A stretch of 47,075 nucleotides of DNA from Cladosporium halotolerans (lineage: Eukaryota). Where the stretch lies: the NCBI RefSeq assembly GCF_011745625.1, contig NW_027191456.1, positions 1,116,001-1,163,075 of the forward strand. Reading direction: 5' to 3'. Below, one piece after another: positions 1 to 12,141 of the stretch. The position numbers and the translations under genes are program-made. Below the pieces are notes generated by a model. It saw only the letters and a list, made by a program, of their open reading frames with translations, ran no database searches and was not told the origin of the DNA. Every line of letters starts with the position of its first letter. The first letter of the stretch is position 1.

Positions 1-686
1 AGGAGAGAGCTCCTCCACGGAAAGAGCCGATCGATTCTCAGCGCGGCGAAGAGGTCTACGACCAGTCGAGACAGGCACCTCCTCCTCGGACCAACAGCGA
101 GACGCGAGAGGCCCAGGACGAGCTGACCGCGCTGAGCGCTTCTCATCAGAGCAGCACAAGCGTGAAACGACTCAGCAATACTGGCAGCGGAGTCTGGGAT
201 GATGCTGTTTTCGAAGGACCGGACGACGACGACAGTGAGATCGATGAGCGAGGGCTAATCCAAAGGCTCGTCAGCCCAGGTGCGCTCAAGAAGCCCGAGC
301 AAAGCTATCAGCCGTCTTCGCGAAGCAATGGCGCGCCCCGCTCGCCGTCTATACAATATGTTGACGGCCACCGTGGCCTTGCCCCTGTCTCGCCGACATC
401 ATCTAAGCCGAAAGCGACTCAGGGTGCGGAAAGTGGCTCCCTTAGAAGCAGAGCCAGCCTGAAGACTAACGTTGAGCCCGAGGATCTCGAGCCGCCCGTT
501 GTATCGGGCAGCTTGGTCGAGGAGCCTGAGCAGATGGAGCAATCTACGACTGATGTTGGCCTGGGCAAGACCGTTCACGAACAGGTGGGCAGCAGCCCTA
601 AAAAGGCAAAAACCAAGGAAAGCGCAAGGAAAGTTAGCGTTGCTGAAGATGTGGCGAGAGCGAGCAGCAATGCGCCGCAGGAGTGA
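1..686 (+). CDS. 3' part of an unidentified protein (low-complexity S/E/P-rich C-terminus), truncated by the window edge
   Basis: Frame is open from nt 3 to TGA at 684-686; no recognisable domain. Confidence 0.6.
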   Translation, partial: ERAPPRKEPIDSQRGEEVYDQSRQAPPPRTNSETREAQDELTALSASHQSSTSVKRLSNTGSGVWDDAVFEGPDDDDSEIDERGLIQRLVSPGALKKPEQSYQPSSRSNGAPRSPSIQYVDGHRGLAPVSPTSSKPKATQGAESGSLRSRASLKTNVEPEDLEPPVVSGSLVEEPEQMEQSTTDVGLGKTVHEQVGSSPKKAKTKESARKVSVAEDVARASSNAPQE

Positions 687-884
687 AAGACCAGATGCGA
701 TTCCCCCGAACCGATTGAATAAACAAATACACGTATACCACCTTATAATTGTTTCAGACTTCGACACTTTATCGCCAGCCGACCTAGAAAACCCGCCACG
801 CATTACGAGATCCGTCATTATACAAAAATCTATTCAACACCACTATCAGCTTTCTCTTTAAGTACATTACGTCAAGACATAATC

Positions 885-1529
885 ATGTCCGCGCCTCCTC
901 GCAGCTCAAAACAGCGCAGATGGAGCTTCGCGAAGTTCCAGTTTCCCAGCAGCAAATACGCGAACACCAAGCAAGGCGACTCCGACCTGCCGCCCGGCTT
1001 GCACAAGAACAAGACCATGCATGAGCAGCAGGCCTCATCCAAGCTAGAATCACCCTCCGAGCCCGGGCCCTCGACAACCACGCGCCTTTCGACTACGTCC
1101 CTCGATCCTATGGACCGCTCTGCAACTGACGACGCTCCTCCGTCCACAGACACCACCAGCAATACCCTCCCAGCCGCTTATGAGCACCTCCAGTACCTCC
1201 CCAACGCGCAACCTGAATCTGACACCCTCCCTTCCCTCCCACTCGACCGCAAACTCACCCGCTCTGAAACGAAAGCCGCCCGCCGCGAGAGCAGACTAGC
1301 TTCTCAGGCCGCACGTCGCGCTTCCAAAGCGCAGGAGAAGCAGGCTCGCAGGGCATCAGAGCTCGCGGAACACGAGGCGGATCGTGCGAGGGGCGACGTC
1401 TTGGATTGGGAATGGCACAATCGCAAGTGTGGGTGTGAGAAGTTTGAGCCGAGGACTGGAGGGAGTTGTGCGTATGCGAGGGGGAAGTTGGATAGGCATC
1501 AGAGTGCGGTTGCTCCTTTGATTTTGTGA
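885..1529 (+). CDS. Hypothetical protein, 214 aa, with a basic helical region and a Cys-containing C-terminus
   Basis: ATG in ATAATCATG context, single open ORF; no family recognised. Confidence 0.55.
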   Translation: MSAPPRSSKQRRWSFAKFQFPSSKYANTKQGDSDLPPGLHKNKTMHEQQASSKLESPSEPGPSTTTRLSTTSLDPMDRSATDDAPPSTDTTSNTLPAAYEHLQYLPNAQPESDTLPSLPLDRKLTRSETKAARRESRLASQAARRASKAQEKQARRASELAEHEADRARGDVLDWEWHNRKCGCEKFEPRTGGSCAYARGKLDRHQSAVAPLIL

Positions 1530-1901
1530 CGGGAACGAGCGGGTGCGTTGTGAGTTGTGAGGTTTGGTTGAATTGACTGGATTGGAGTGAAATGTGCTAG
1601 ACCTACGTCACTGAGTATAAATGAGCTTCAAGATTTCACGCGAAAGAGGGTCGCCTGACTCTTGTTCGTCGTGAGAAACAGATTTATCGGCTCTTTTCAG
1701 CTGGAAAATCATCGCTGTCGGAGAATGGCCTTGTACGTGTAGTGGCCTCGCACGCCTCATCAGATGTGCCAGCAACAGCCCAAGCGGAGTCGGCGATCGA
1801 CTTGGGGCTTTGCCCCTCCAAACAGCCGTCCACCTACATTACTTTCCATCCTCCACCACACCTACTCATGATGTTATGATACCACGACCAAAGTATCCAC
1901 A

Positions 1902-2488
1902 ATGATCAACGCAGTTCTTGTCTTCAACAACAATGGCCAGCCGCGCCTGACCAAATTCTACACGCAACTGGTGCGCGGCGCCCCAAACACGCACATGCCC
2001 ACCTCATAACTCACACCGCACTCTAGGACACCGCCGTCCAGCAGCGCCTGATCTCCGAAATCTTCACTCTCGTCTCCGCCCGCCCAAGCAGCAGTTGCAA
2101 TTTCCTGCCGCTCCCTCCCCTCCTCGCACCCTCAAACCCGCAGCCTGAGTCCAACGACGCGCCGTCCCTCGTCACTTACCGGCACTATGCGACGCTGTAC
2201 TTCATCGTCATCTCGACCTCGACTGAGAGCCCGCTCGCTCTGTTGGACTTGATTCACGTGTTTGTCGAAAGCTTGGATTACTTGTTCGAGGATGTTTGCG
2301 AGCTGGACTTGATCTTCAATTTCGAGACTCTGCATGCAGTACTGGGCGAGATGATTGTGGGCGGTGTGGTGGTTGAGACGGGGAGAGAAAAGGTTGTCGA
2401 GGGGGTTAGGGCGCAGGGCAAGGTTGCTAAGAGGCCGGTGAACTCCAGCCGGCCGGGCATTGGCGCGGGCATGTGGGCGGGAAGATGA
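1902..2488 (+). CDS. APS3: AP-3 adaptor complex sigma subunit (exons 1902-1970, 2027-2488)
   Basis: MINAVLVFNNNGQPRLTKFYTQL / YRHYATLYF / LLDLIHVFVESLD..FEDVCELDLIFN are clathrin adaptor small-chain (sigma3) motifs; GTGCGC..TAG intron 1971-2026 keeps the frame. Confidence 0.93.
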
Positions 2489-3359
2489 GAGTGGATTGGA
2501 CAAGGTGACTGAGAGATGCTGGACATTGAGTTCACGAGGCCAGTCTTCAAGGGTCGACGAGCTGAGCTCGCAGGATGTGGCCCCTTGGGGACACTTCTAC
2601 TGCCTGTCGACTCGGTTTCTGCATGAAACCGGAGCTGTCAGAGGCAAACCATGGTGTGTTGAGAGCAGACCGGACGACGGGTTGAACAAGTGGGTTGAAC
2701 AAGCTCAACGACGTCTCACTAGGGAGCGGAGACATGCGCACCGGTGTGCTTTTGCACAATCGCCTCGAAAAGGGGAGCGATCCATGAGCATGGCACTTGT
2801 CATTCAAATATCTACCAACGAGCACCATGGAGATCTTGGTAGCGAGATGGTCTAATTACTTTGGTGTAGCTGTACGAATTGCTTCTGCATAAGGTTGGCC
2901 TGAGCCTGTCCAGAGGCGATGCTAGTATCACATGGTATATTACAAGATCATGTCAAGCCGCTTCTAGCAGCGGCCATATTCTCCGTCGCGCCTCTGCTAG
3001 CACTCCTCCGGCTCTTAGTGTGGAGATTTGCCAGTCACTTGCCAGATCTAGTTTTCCCTCCATCCGGTGTAAAGGATCACATTATGTTGTGATTTCTCGG
3101 GGTCTGGTCGAGGTTGTATCCCTGTGTTGCTTTGGTCAGGCTTTTCAGCCTCGTCCAACAGACAGCATCTAGGCATTTGAACCATAATCGTGTCCTTGTG
3201 TCCTTGCGATTCGTCTCGAAGGGAGTTTCCCACTCCCTGACAGTGGTTACAAGCAGTCCATTTTGCCAGTACTGAAGGTCGTCTAGACCAGCTCCCAGGC
3301 GCAGGAGGGATTCCACATTTTCTTCCACTTTGCAAATGGTATTTTTGCAACCCATCTTC

Positions 3360-3835
3360 TTAGGTCTTCTGAGCGGTGGCATTCGGGCTGTTGTCGTCGA
3401 CAGGGTGGCTAGCCCGAGCATCTGACATGATGCCCATCTGTTCTTTGTACCAGTTCCTGATCTTCAACGACAGTCAGTACGCATTCTTTTCGATACATAG
3501 TAGAGTCCACTTACTCCAGTGAACGGTGTGTTCCCGTCTGTAAGTTCCATGAACAGAATGCCGTAGGTCGCGACGAACAGGATGCTACCCCATTGCGCCA
3601 GCTGCACTATCTTGTGCCAGTTGGGCCTCGCGTATGCCAACTTTGCACGTCTCCTATACCGGCGTTCAAGCTTGAATTGGTGCTTTTGCGACAGCTTGCT
3701 AAACTCGGGCGGCCATGTTCGTTTGCAGCGGTATGGGTTGGTTTCCCACGTGTATGGGAAGAATGGCACGTTGACGGCGGGCGCTTTCGGCGCGGCAAAA
3801 GGGTTCAGGCCCCGGCGCGCGAGTGTAGGCAGCAT
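3360..3835 (-). CDS. Conserved-looking small fungal membrane protein, probably mitochondrial (exons 3835-3515, 3461-3360)
   Basis: MLPTLARRG.. basic N-terminus, KRTWPPEFSKLSQKHQFKLERRYRRRAKL motif and one TM helix; GTAAGT..CTGAC..AAG intron 3514-3462 gives an in-frame IRNWYKEQ..* tail. Confidence 0.75.
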
Positions 3836-4158
3836 GCTGGGTTTGAGTGTCCACTTTGTTATGTAGACGTGCGATTCAAGATGGCCCAGTCGGGAAGGAT
3901 GTCGAGTCGAGATGGCATGTCGTGGTCTGTGCAGGCAGTCGGCCGCGCTGGCCCTCCATTGGTGCCGAACATTTTCTGGAGCAGCCTGGCAGCTAAAGTG
4001 TCCCGCATACATAGAGTCATACCCTATTTCACTTTTCCCAATACCCCTCCACGTGACCCACCACGTTGTTCCAACAGATCCCCAAGCCGCCCTTGCGCGG
4101 TCTGCGCTCACTCCTGACACTGCGACTCGCCCGACTCCACACCACAGCCTACACCACC

Positions 4159-7100
4159 ATGGCGGCCGTCCAGGCGACTAAGGAAGCGCTCAACCCGAGC
4201 AACTCGACCCAGGGTACCCTCAAGATCGAGAACACCGAGAAACGCGACACCCTCATTGCCTCCGAGAAGAAATACCAGGATGCTTGGGCTCAGGCAAAGA
4301 TCTTTGAGCAGGATGCTCCCAATCTCAAGGATGTTCCTTTCCACTCCGTCGCTCCGGCCGAGCTCCGCGAGCAATACCCCAAATACATGGCCACCATGGC
4401 ATACCCCTACGTGAACGGTACGCCCCACGCCGGTCACTCCTTCACAGCGTCGAAGCTGGAGTTTGCTATTGGCTGGGCGAGGATGAAGGGCATGCGTGCG
4501 CTCTATCCCCAGGGTTTCCACTGCACCGGTATGCCGATCAAGGCTTGCGCCGACAAGCTCACGCGCGAGATTGAGCTGTTTGGCAAGAACTTCGAGAACT
4601 GCCCTGCGGATGACGTTAAGGGCGAGGCTGAGAAGAAGGATGCAACTCCTGCGCCTGTGCAAGAAACCACGAAGGCGGATGTCACCAAGTTTGGTGCGAA
4701 GAAGAGCAAGGTTAGCGCGAAGACCAACGTTGCCCTCAAATACCAGTTCCAGATCCTGCTTGCTCTGGGCATTCCTCTGGAGGAGATTCACAAATTCGCC
4801 GACTCGAACTACTGGCTGCAGTATTTCCCTCCGCTTTGGAAGCGTGACCTCACCAATCTTGGATGCCGTGTCGACTGGCGCAGGTCGATGGTCACCACCG
4901 ACGCCAACCCATACTATGACAGATTCGTCTCATGGCAGATGAACCGTCTGAAGGAGCTGGGCAAGATCAAGTTTGGTAAGAGGTACACTATCTACTCGCC
5001 CAAGGACGGTCAGGCGTGTCTGGACCACGACAGATCTTCAGGAGAAGGCGTCACACCTCAGGAGTACACTGCGCTCAAGCTTCGCGTCAAGGAGTGGCCC
5101 GAGGCCGCAAAGAGCAAGATCGAGGGCAAGATTCCGGAGGGAGCCAACGTCTACTTTGTGCCTGCTACTCTCAGACCAGAGACCATGTACGGACAGAACT
5201 GCTGTTTCGTTGGTCCCACCATCGAGTACGGCATCTACGAAGCGAAGAAGGGCAAGGAATACTACTTCATCTCAGACCGTGCCGCCAGGAACATGTCCTT
5301 CCAGAGCATCTTCGATGAGTGGGGTGTCTTCCCCAAGGTTGCCGACCTCAAGGGCGCAGATGTTGTTGGTACCCTCGTGAATGCTCCCCTGTCTGTCCAC
5401 AAGGACGGCGTCCGCATTCTTCCCATGGAGTCCGTGAAGGCCACCAAGGGCACCGGTGTCGTGACCAGTGTCCCTTCGGACTCCCCTGACGACTATGCCA
5501 CAATGATGGACCTCCAGAAGAAGGCAGAGTATTACAAGATCAACAAGGAGTGGGCCAGCCTTGACATTCTGCCCATCATTGAGACACCCTCTTACGGCAA
5601 CCTGACCGCCAAGCACCTGGTTGAGACCATGAAGATCAACTCTCCTAAAGATGCTAAGCAGCTTGCCGAGGCCAAGGAGCTTGCCTACAAGGAGGGATTC
5701 TACAAGGGTAAGATGATCTACGGTGACTTTGCCGGTAAGTCCGTCGAGGAGGCCAAGCCTCTCGTGAGGCAGCAGCTCATCGATGCCGATGAGGCGTTCG
5801 CCTACTCCGAGCCTGACGGTGCGGTCATGAGCCGATCTGGTGACGAGTGTGTTGCTGCTCACCTCGACCAGTGGTTCATGAACTACGGCCCCCCTGAGAA
5901 GAGCGGTGACCAGGAATGGCAGCCTACCGTCCTGAACCACCTGATGACCGACCTCAACACCTTCAGCACCGAGACCAAGAACGCCTTTGAGCAGGTTCTC
6001 AACTGGCTGACTCAGTGGGCTTGCGCTCGTTCCTACGGCCTCGGCACCAAGCTGCCTTGGGACCAGGCTCAGCTGGTTGAGTCTCTTTCCGACAGCACTA
6101 TCTACCCAGCCTATTACACTTTTGCCCATCTTCTGCATGGCGACATTTTCGGCAAGACCCGCGGAGCTGCTGATGTTGGCCCTGAGGATATGACCGATGA
6201 GATCTGGGACTACCTTTTCTGCCGCACTGAGGAGATCCCGGCCGGCACTAACATCAAGAAGGAGTCTCTGGAAATGATGCGCCGTGAGTTTGAGTACTGG
6301 TACCCTCTGGATGTCAGAATCTCTGGAAAGGATCTGATTCAGAACCATCTTACCTTCCTCATGTACGTCCACATTGCGCTTTTCCCCAAGCAGTACTGGC
6401 CTCGCGGTATCCGTGTCAACGGTCACTTGCTGCTGAACGGAGAGAAGATGTCCAAGTCCACTGGCAACTTCCTTACCCTCTCCGACTCGATCGCCAAGTT
6501 CGGTGCGGACGCTACCCGTATTGCGCTCGCCGATGCTGGCGACAGCATCGAGGATGCGAACTTCGAGGAGCAGGTCGCCAACGCCAACATTCTGCGCATG
6601 TACGAGCTCAGGCAGTGGTGCGAGAGTGTCATCCAGGATGCTCGCATCCTGAAGGAGGGTGAGACCTACGCAGAGGTTAGGGAGAACGAACGTCACAAGA
6701 ACAACGACGCTATTCAGCGTACGGGTGAAAAGAACATGTGGGATGAGCTTTTCGAAAACGAGATCAACAGTCTCGTAAGAGAGACCCGCGAGCAGTACGA
6801 GCTCACCAACTACAAGGGTGCTCTGAAGTTCGGTCTTTATGACTTCACCGGTGCAAGAGATTTCTACCGTGAGGCTACCAAGGCTGCCGGTATTGGTATG
6901 CACGCAGATCTCGTCAAGCGTTACGTCGAGCTGCAAGCTCTCATGGTCAACGTTGTCGCACCCCACTGGTCCGAGCACATCTGGCTTGAGGTTCTCAAGA
7001 AGTCGGATACCGTTCAGAATGCTATTTTCCCTGATGCGCCCGAGCCCAAGGCTCACCTCACCGCAGCTCGCGAGTACGTTCGCAACACTTCTTCCAGCAT

Positions 7101-7689
7101 CACGTCTGCGGAGGGTGCTCAGCTCAAGCGTATGCAGAAGGGCAAGAACACCGTAAGTCCGCTTGTATCTAACTGTACCTTCATTTCCCAGAGCGCCTTC
7201 ACTAACATCTTAATCTAGTCTTACGACGTCAAGGCTCCCAAGAAGCTCAGCATTTTCCTCGCCCTGAAGTACCCCTCCTGGCAAGACAGCATCATCGAGA
7301 CCGTCCGCCAGAACTTCTCCAACATGACCCTCGACAGGGGCGCCGTGAGCAAGTCCATTCCCAAGGCCGAGACCAAGCGCGCCATGCCTTTCGTTCAGCA
7401 GCTCAAGAAGTCCCTCGAGACTGGCGTCGACTCCAGCACCGTCTTCGAGCGCAAGCTTGCGTTCGATGAGCAGCAGGTCCTGCTCGACATGGTTCCTAAC
7501 CTCAAGCAGGCGGTGCAGAAGTGTGCCGTTGTCGAGGTCATTGTCGTTGAGGAGGGCGGCAAGGCTGGCAAGATTGTTGGCGGCACCGAGAACGTCAACA
7601 AGGGCGAGGAGAAGAAGGACCTCCCTCCCACTGCCGAGACTGCCGTGCCGGGCCAGCCCACTTTCTTCTTCGAGAACGTTACTGTTTAA
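4159..7689 (+). CDS. CDC60: Cytosolic leucyl-tRNA synthetase (exons 4159-7152, 7219-7689)
   Basis: PYVNGTPHAGH (HIGH-like), ATLRPETMYGQ, GTGVVTSVPSDSPDD editing motif, KMSKS; GTAAGT..CTAAC..TAG intron 7153-7218. Confidence 0.97.
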
Positions 7690-8151
7690 TTGGATGTAGA
7701 CTTTCAGCGGCGGGAGACAGAGAAAGGCTCTGATACACTTACTGCGATGATTCCGAGATGGTTATATACTAGATCGCTCTGAGCTGATAGGGTCAGTGTA
7801 GAGAAAAGCATAAAAGCAGGTACGCGCGAAATCGCGCCATGAAAATTACCGAAAAGAAATGAATCATGCCCAATGCAGCCTTCTGATTCCTGGTCATGAT
7901 TTCACCATAGGTCTATTAAACTCGCGTTCGTGGTCTGCGTTGTTCTTCGGCGATCAGCTAAATCCGCTTCAGCGTTGCACAAGCTCACGAAGAGAGCTTC
8001 GTCGACATCATGACAACCCCGCAAGCTCGAATGTGAGACATCGATCTCGACTCAACATTTGTACGTTCGCTGTTCACGCCCACAATCACCCTCGTACGGC
8101 TGGATACATAGCAGTCGCGACCAAAAAGAATTATCCCAGCGAAAAAGAGGA

Positions 8152-8706
8152 ATGCCTCCTCTCAACCCTCGCAGCGGCCACTTTGGCCTCATCCTGCCCG
8201 TCTGCTCTTCCGCCGCGACCCTCGGCCTCTCCCTCTTCCAATTCCCGCTTTTCATGTCGTTCATGCAGCCACGCAAAAACGACACGACGAAGACGACAAC
8301 CAAGATTTCTGGGACGCCTCTCTCCCAATTCTGGGCATCTTTTCTCGCTCCTGGCGCCGGGCTCATCGCAGGTTTGAACCTGGTCTCCGCCTCGGCCGGT
8401 CTTCTGTCCGCCCGCTGGCTGCGCGAACACGAGACGCTCGAGACAGTGGAGATCAGCAGGTGGTATTTCTACGGCGCTGCACTGGCGCTGGGCCACTTGG
8501 CTTTCGTGCCTGCTGTCGCGGGGCTTATCAAGTCGATCGTAGGAAATTCAAAGGGGGAGGTGAGGACGGAAGCGAAGGCTCAGGAGAGCAATGAAGCAGC
8601 CATGAGAAGTTGGTTCTTGTGGCATTCGCTGAGGACCGTTGTGGTTGACATTCCGGCATTGTGGTGCTTTGCTGAGGGAATGGCTCTGAGCTTTTGGGTG
8701 ATTTGA
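8152..8706 (+). CDS. Small integral membrane protein (about 4 hydrophobic helices; DUF1772/anthrone-oxygenase-like architecture possible)
   Basis: First ATG at 8152; hydrophobic segments and a C-terminal W..WHSLRT..VD pattern; family assignment is inference. Confidence 0.65.
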   Translation: MPPLNPRSGHFGLILPVCSSAATLGLSLFQFPLFMSFMQPRKNDTTKTTTKISGTPLSQFWASFLAPGAGLIAGLNLVSASAGLLSARWLREHETLETVEISRWYFYGAALALGHLAFVPAVAGLIKSIVGNSKGEVRTEAKAQESNEAAMRSWFLWHSLRTVVVDIPALWCFAEGMALSFWVI

Positions 8707-9322
8707 GACGGAGGTGATTGTGGTTGGGTTGGCGGAAAAGATTGGGATGGTACGAGGCAGATGTGACTTGTGACCATAATCCAACACGACTCTCGGCGAA
8801 GGATCGTTTTGGTCTGCACATCGCGGCTCTATTTGGGATCTTATTTGCAGATTTAGTGGGGATCTGGTAATTGAATTAGCGTCCCACATCAATCGCTTGC
8901 CCATGAATGAAATCAATTCTGGCTATCCATTGTAACACCTTCAATCTGCGGCATGCAATTTGTGTCTCTCTTGCACCTCATTATTTTGCGGCGGCCTGAG
9001 GCATACGCAGCGAGTCGGTTCTCCTTAGACAGTCTGAGAGGTGTAAAAATGTTCGGAAGAGGTTTATCATGTTTCATAGACGCTTGTGACCAGAGATCAC
9101 CTGGAACAGGACATGAATGACCTGCCACTGGCTTTAACAGTCCGCGTCTTTCAACGACACTGTCGACCGATTTTCCTCTTTCCGACTGCCAAAACATCGT
9201 TGTTGTACATGTGTGCCGTTTTTAGGGTTGCCACACAATGCTAGCAAAAGCAAAAGGAAAGGCGATGCTGGTTAGCCAGCACCGGAAGACTTGAGATCTG
9301 TAAGAGATGTCATTTCTGAAAT

Positions 9323-9411
9323 CTCCCCAACAGGGAATCGAACCCTGGTCTCCCGCGGCTTATCATCGGGTGAATGACAAGCGGAAATCATAGCCACTAG
9401 ACCATTGAGGA
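9323..9411 (-). tRNA. tRNA-Asp(GTC) with 17-nt intron
   Basis: Minus strand TCCTCAA-TGGTCTAGTGGCTATGATT-TCCGC TT GTC A [TTCACCCGATGATAAGC] C GCGGG..GGTTCGATTCC..TTGGGGA G; A and B boxes present, cloverleaf closes. Confidence 0.95.
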
Positions 9412-10277
9412 TTTGGTGCACTTGATACACCAATGGATGATGGTGAGCGTGACCTTGTAAAATATATAGCTCAAATCCAAGCCCCAATCCATGACGAAAT
9501 GCCACAATTCTGTGATGGCAGAAGCACTGTAGATGCCAGTTCGCGAATGACAGAGCTGGTCTACGCGCAAAGCGCACGGCAATCTGCTCGCCGGGAGATA
9601 CGGACTTGTTCCAGCTTAAGTGGGGCCAAAACCTCCCCAGTTATCCTATTTATTAGGTGCTCAAGAATCTCAGCGAGCGGATCATCGGCGGAGAATGGAA
9701 TTCTACGCGATGTTGAACACGTCGTCTTCAAAAGCTTGCGCCACGAACTTTCGGGTACGCTGTGGCAGCACGCCTTTCGCAACTGCAGATGGAAATACGG
9801 CATGCGGAGTTCAGGTTCTGGAGATGCATGTAAATGCTGTTTAGGCCGTCGCAGGTGACCTGCTCCGTTCCACCGCGGCCTTGGCTGTTACTCCAGCTCA
9901 TCAAAGTTCCCAAATCGAGACCTCAATCTGCCTCTGATGGCACCAAGGCCCACATAGCAAATGGCCAAGCTCGGCCAGCAGGCGCTACGAATACATACGA
10001 GCAGGCTGGAGCGGGACTGTTTAGCCGACCGGTTGTTTGTGCCTTGCTCTTGCTCGTACTTACTCTATATCCCAAGCGCGGGGTAACACGACGATCATCG
10101 AAACTGACGGCAAGGTCTGAGTGGAGCCGACATAATGATTCCGAAGGCTAGCTATATGCGTCGGTTACATCTGGGCGAAGTTGTCATAAAGGAAGAGTCC
10201 ATGGACCGCTCGCTCGAATCCAGGCAGCAGCCCTAATCCCTTTGCTATATCATCCAATTCAGTGCAGATCGCTAGAC

Positions 10278-11931
10278 ATGGCGCGGATCTCAATCTTCGC
10301 CGCGCTCTATGGCGCATCGACAGTGTTGGGTCTCGAACTCCCAAATGGTGTTGGGAGACTCCCGGCGTTGGGCTGGAACTCATGGGTAAGAAATCGAGTC
10401 CATTGCCACTGACATGAGCTCTAAATCTCTTTCCAGAACGCCTATTTCTGCGACGTCGACCAAAGCAAGATCATGCAAGCAGCCAATGCAATGGTCGATC
10501 TGGGATTCAAAGACGCCGGGTACGAGTACGTGGTTCTAGATGACTGCTGGTCCGAGCAAGGTGGACGTGATCCCGTCACCAGTCGTTTAGTGCCCAACAC
10601 GACCAAATTCCCGGATGGAATGAGCGGAACGGCAGATCAGGTTCACGACCTAGGCCTGAAGTACGGCATGTATTCCAGCGCTGGCACCATGACCTGCGGG
10701 CGGTATCCCGGCTCTTTGGGCTACGAGATGATCGATGCAGAGACCTTTGCTGCATGGGGAGTGGATTACCTGAAAGTGAGTCTTAACCACGGATTCTCCC
10801 TTCCCTCGGGAAAGCGGCATACTGAACACAATCAAGTACGATAACTGCTTCCCATCGCCAGAATGGATCGACGACTGTTTCGCGTGTAACGGAGATCCCA
10901 ACTTCGACAGCGTTGGCAAAGTTAACGGCAGCTGCACCGATGAGACGCCAGTGACTAGCTACTACTCGTGGAACAATACCAGCCCTTTCTGTGCCTACGA
11001 GTTCCCCGTCGACGGAGTGAATTACACGGCCAAGTACACTGCGCTGAAGTTCAAGATCATGGAGAGAGCTTTGCTAGCTCAGAACCGAACGATCTTGTAC
11101 AGTCTCTGCGAGTGGGGTATGTGAAGCTGCTCCCGGCTCCCGTCACTGGCAGAACGAGACTGACCTACGGGATCCTAGGCGTCGATCAGGTATGGACGTG
11201 GGGAAACGCCACAGGCAGCTCATGGCGTATGTCCAACGACATCGGCTTCGGAGATGGTAAGTCAAGTCTTCAACAAATCTCACGAGAAACCCACGCGACT
11301 GACGCTATTCAGCATCCTGGAGCCGCATCCTCGAGATACTCAACGTCAACTCTTTCCTCCTCGACTGGACCGATTTTTGGGGCCGCAACGATCCCGACAT
11401 GCTTGAGGTGCGCTCATTACCCCCAAAATCCTCCAGTCGCTGCTCCGCTAATGATACCAGGTCGGCAATGGGCTCTCGCTCGAACAGGAACACTCGCACT
11501 TCGCGCTCTGGGCCCTGATGAAAGGCCCGCTCCTCATGGGAACAGATCTGACGAATCTGACACAAACACAAATTTCCATCTTGCAGAACAAGTATCTGCT
11601 GGCCTTCAACCAAGACCCCATCATCGGCAAGCCGGCGCGTCCGTACAAATGGGGCATCAACCCTGATTATACGTTCAACAGTACTCACCCGGCCATGTAC
11701 TGGTCCGGCGCGTCGAGCAACGGCACGATGGTCGCTTTGCTCAACCCGACGAACGAGACGATGATGATGAGCGCAGTCTATGCTGAGATTCCGCAGCTCG
11801 ACGCAGGCAAGAGCTACCCAGTAACCGAGGTGTGGAGTGGGGAGAGCGTTGGATGCAAGTCGGACAGCGTGGAAGCCGAAGTGGCTGCTCATGACACGGC
11901 GGTCTTTCTCTTTGGCGAGGCGTGCAGCTAG
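10278..11931 (+). CDS. Secreted GH27 alpha-galactosidase (exons 10278-10385, 10437-10775, 10837-11116, 11179-11256, 11313-11407, 11461-11931)
   Basis: Signal peptide; [24 protein letters not shown] (nucleophile), SLCEWG, WRMSNDI (acid/base), [10 protein letters not shown]; all five introns GT-AG and frame-consistent. Confidence 0.93.
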
Positions 11932-12141
11932 ATGTGTATGGTGGCGCAGGTACACGCTCAATTGTCCGGGGCGATTCAGGGACAACCTGCTCGTCAGTTC
12001 TTGTAAGACACGTCTTGACTCAACCACACGCGTGGAAAGAACAATCCTCTCATATCGGTCAAGTCGTTACTCTATCGACCAGCAGCCACTGGCTGCCCGG
12101 TCAATGAATTCTCTAAAAAGCTACATCCTTCTAAATGCCAC

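Noticed and set aside
4426..4437. HAGH instead of HIGH in LeuRS
   Set aside because: Normal variant in fungal cytosolic LeuRS.
5272..7056. 594-aa antisense ORF
   Set aside because: Shadow of the strongly codon-biased LeuRS gene; no domain motifs.
9222..9230. TTAGGGTTG as an alternative telomerase template
   Set aside because: Single short match expected by chance; no supporting helices seen.
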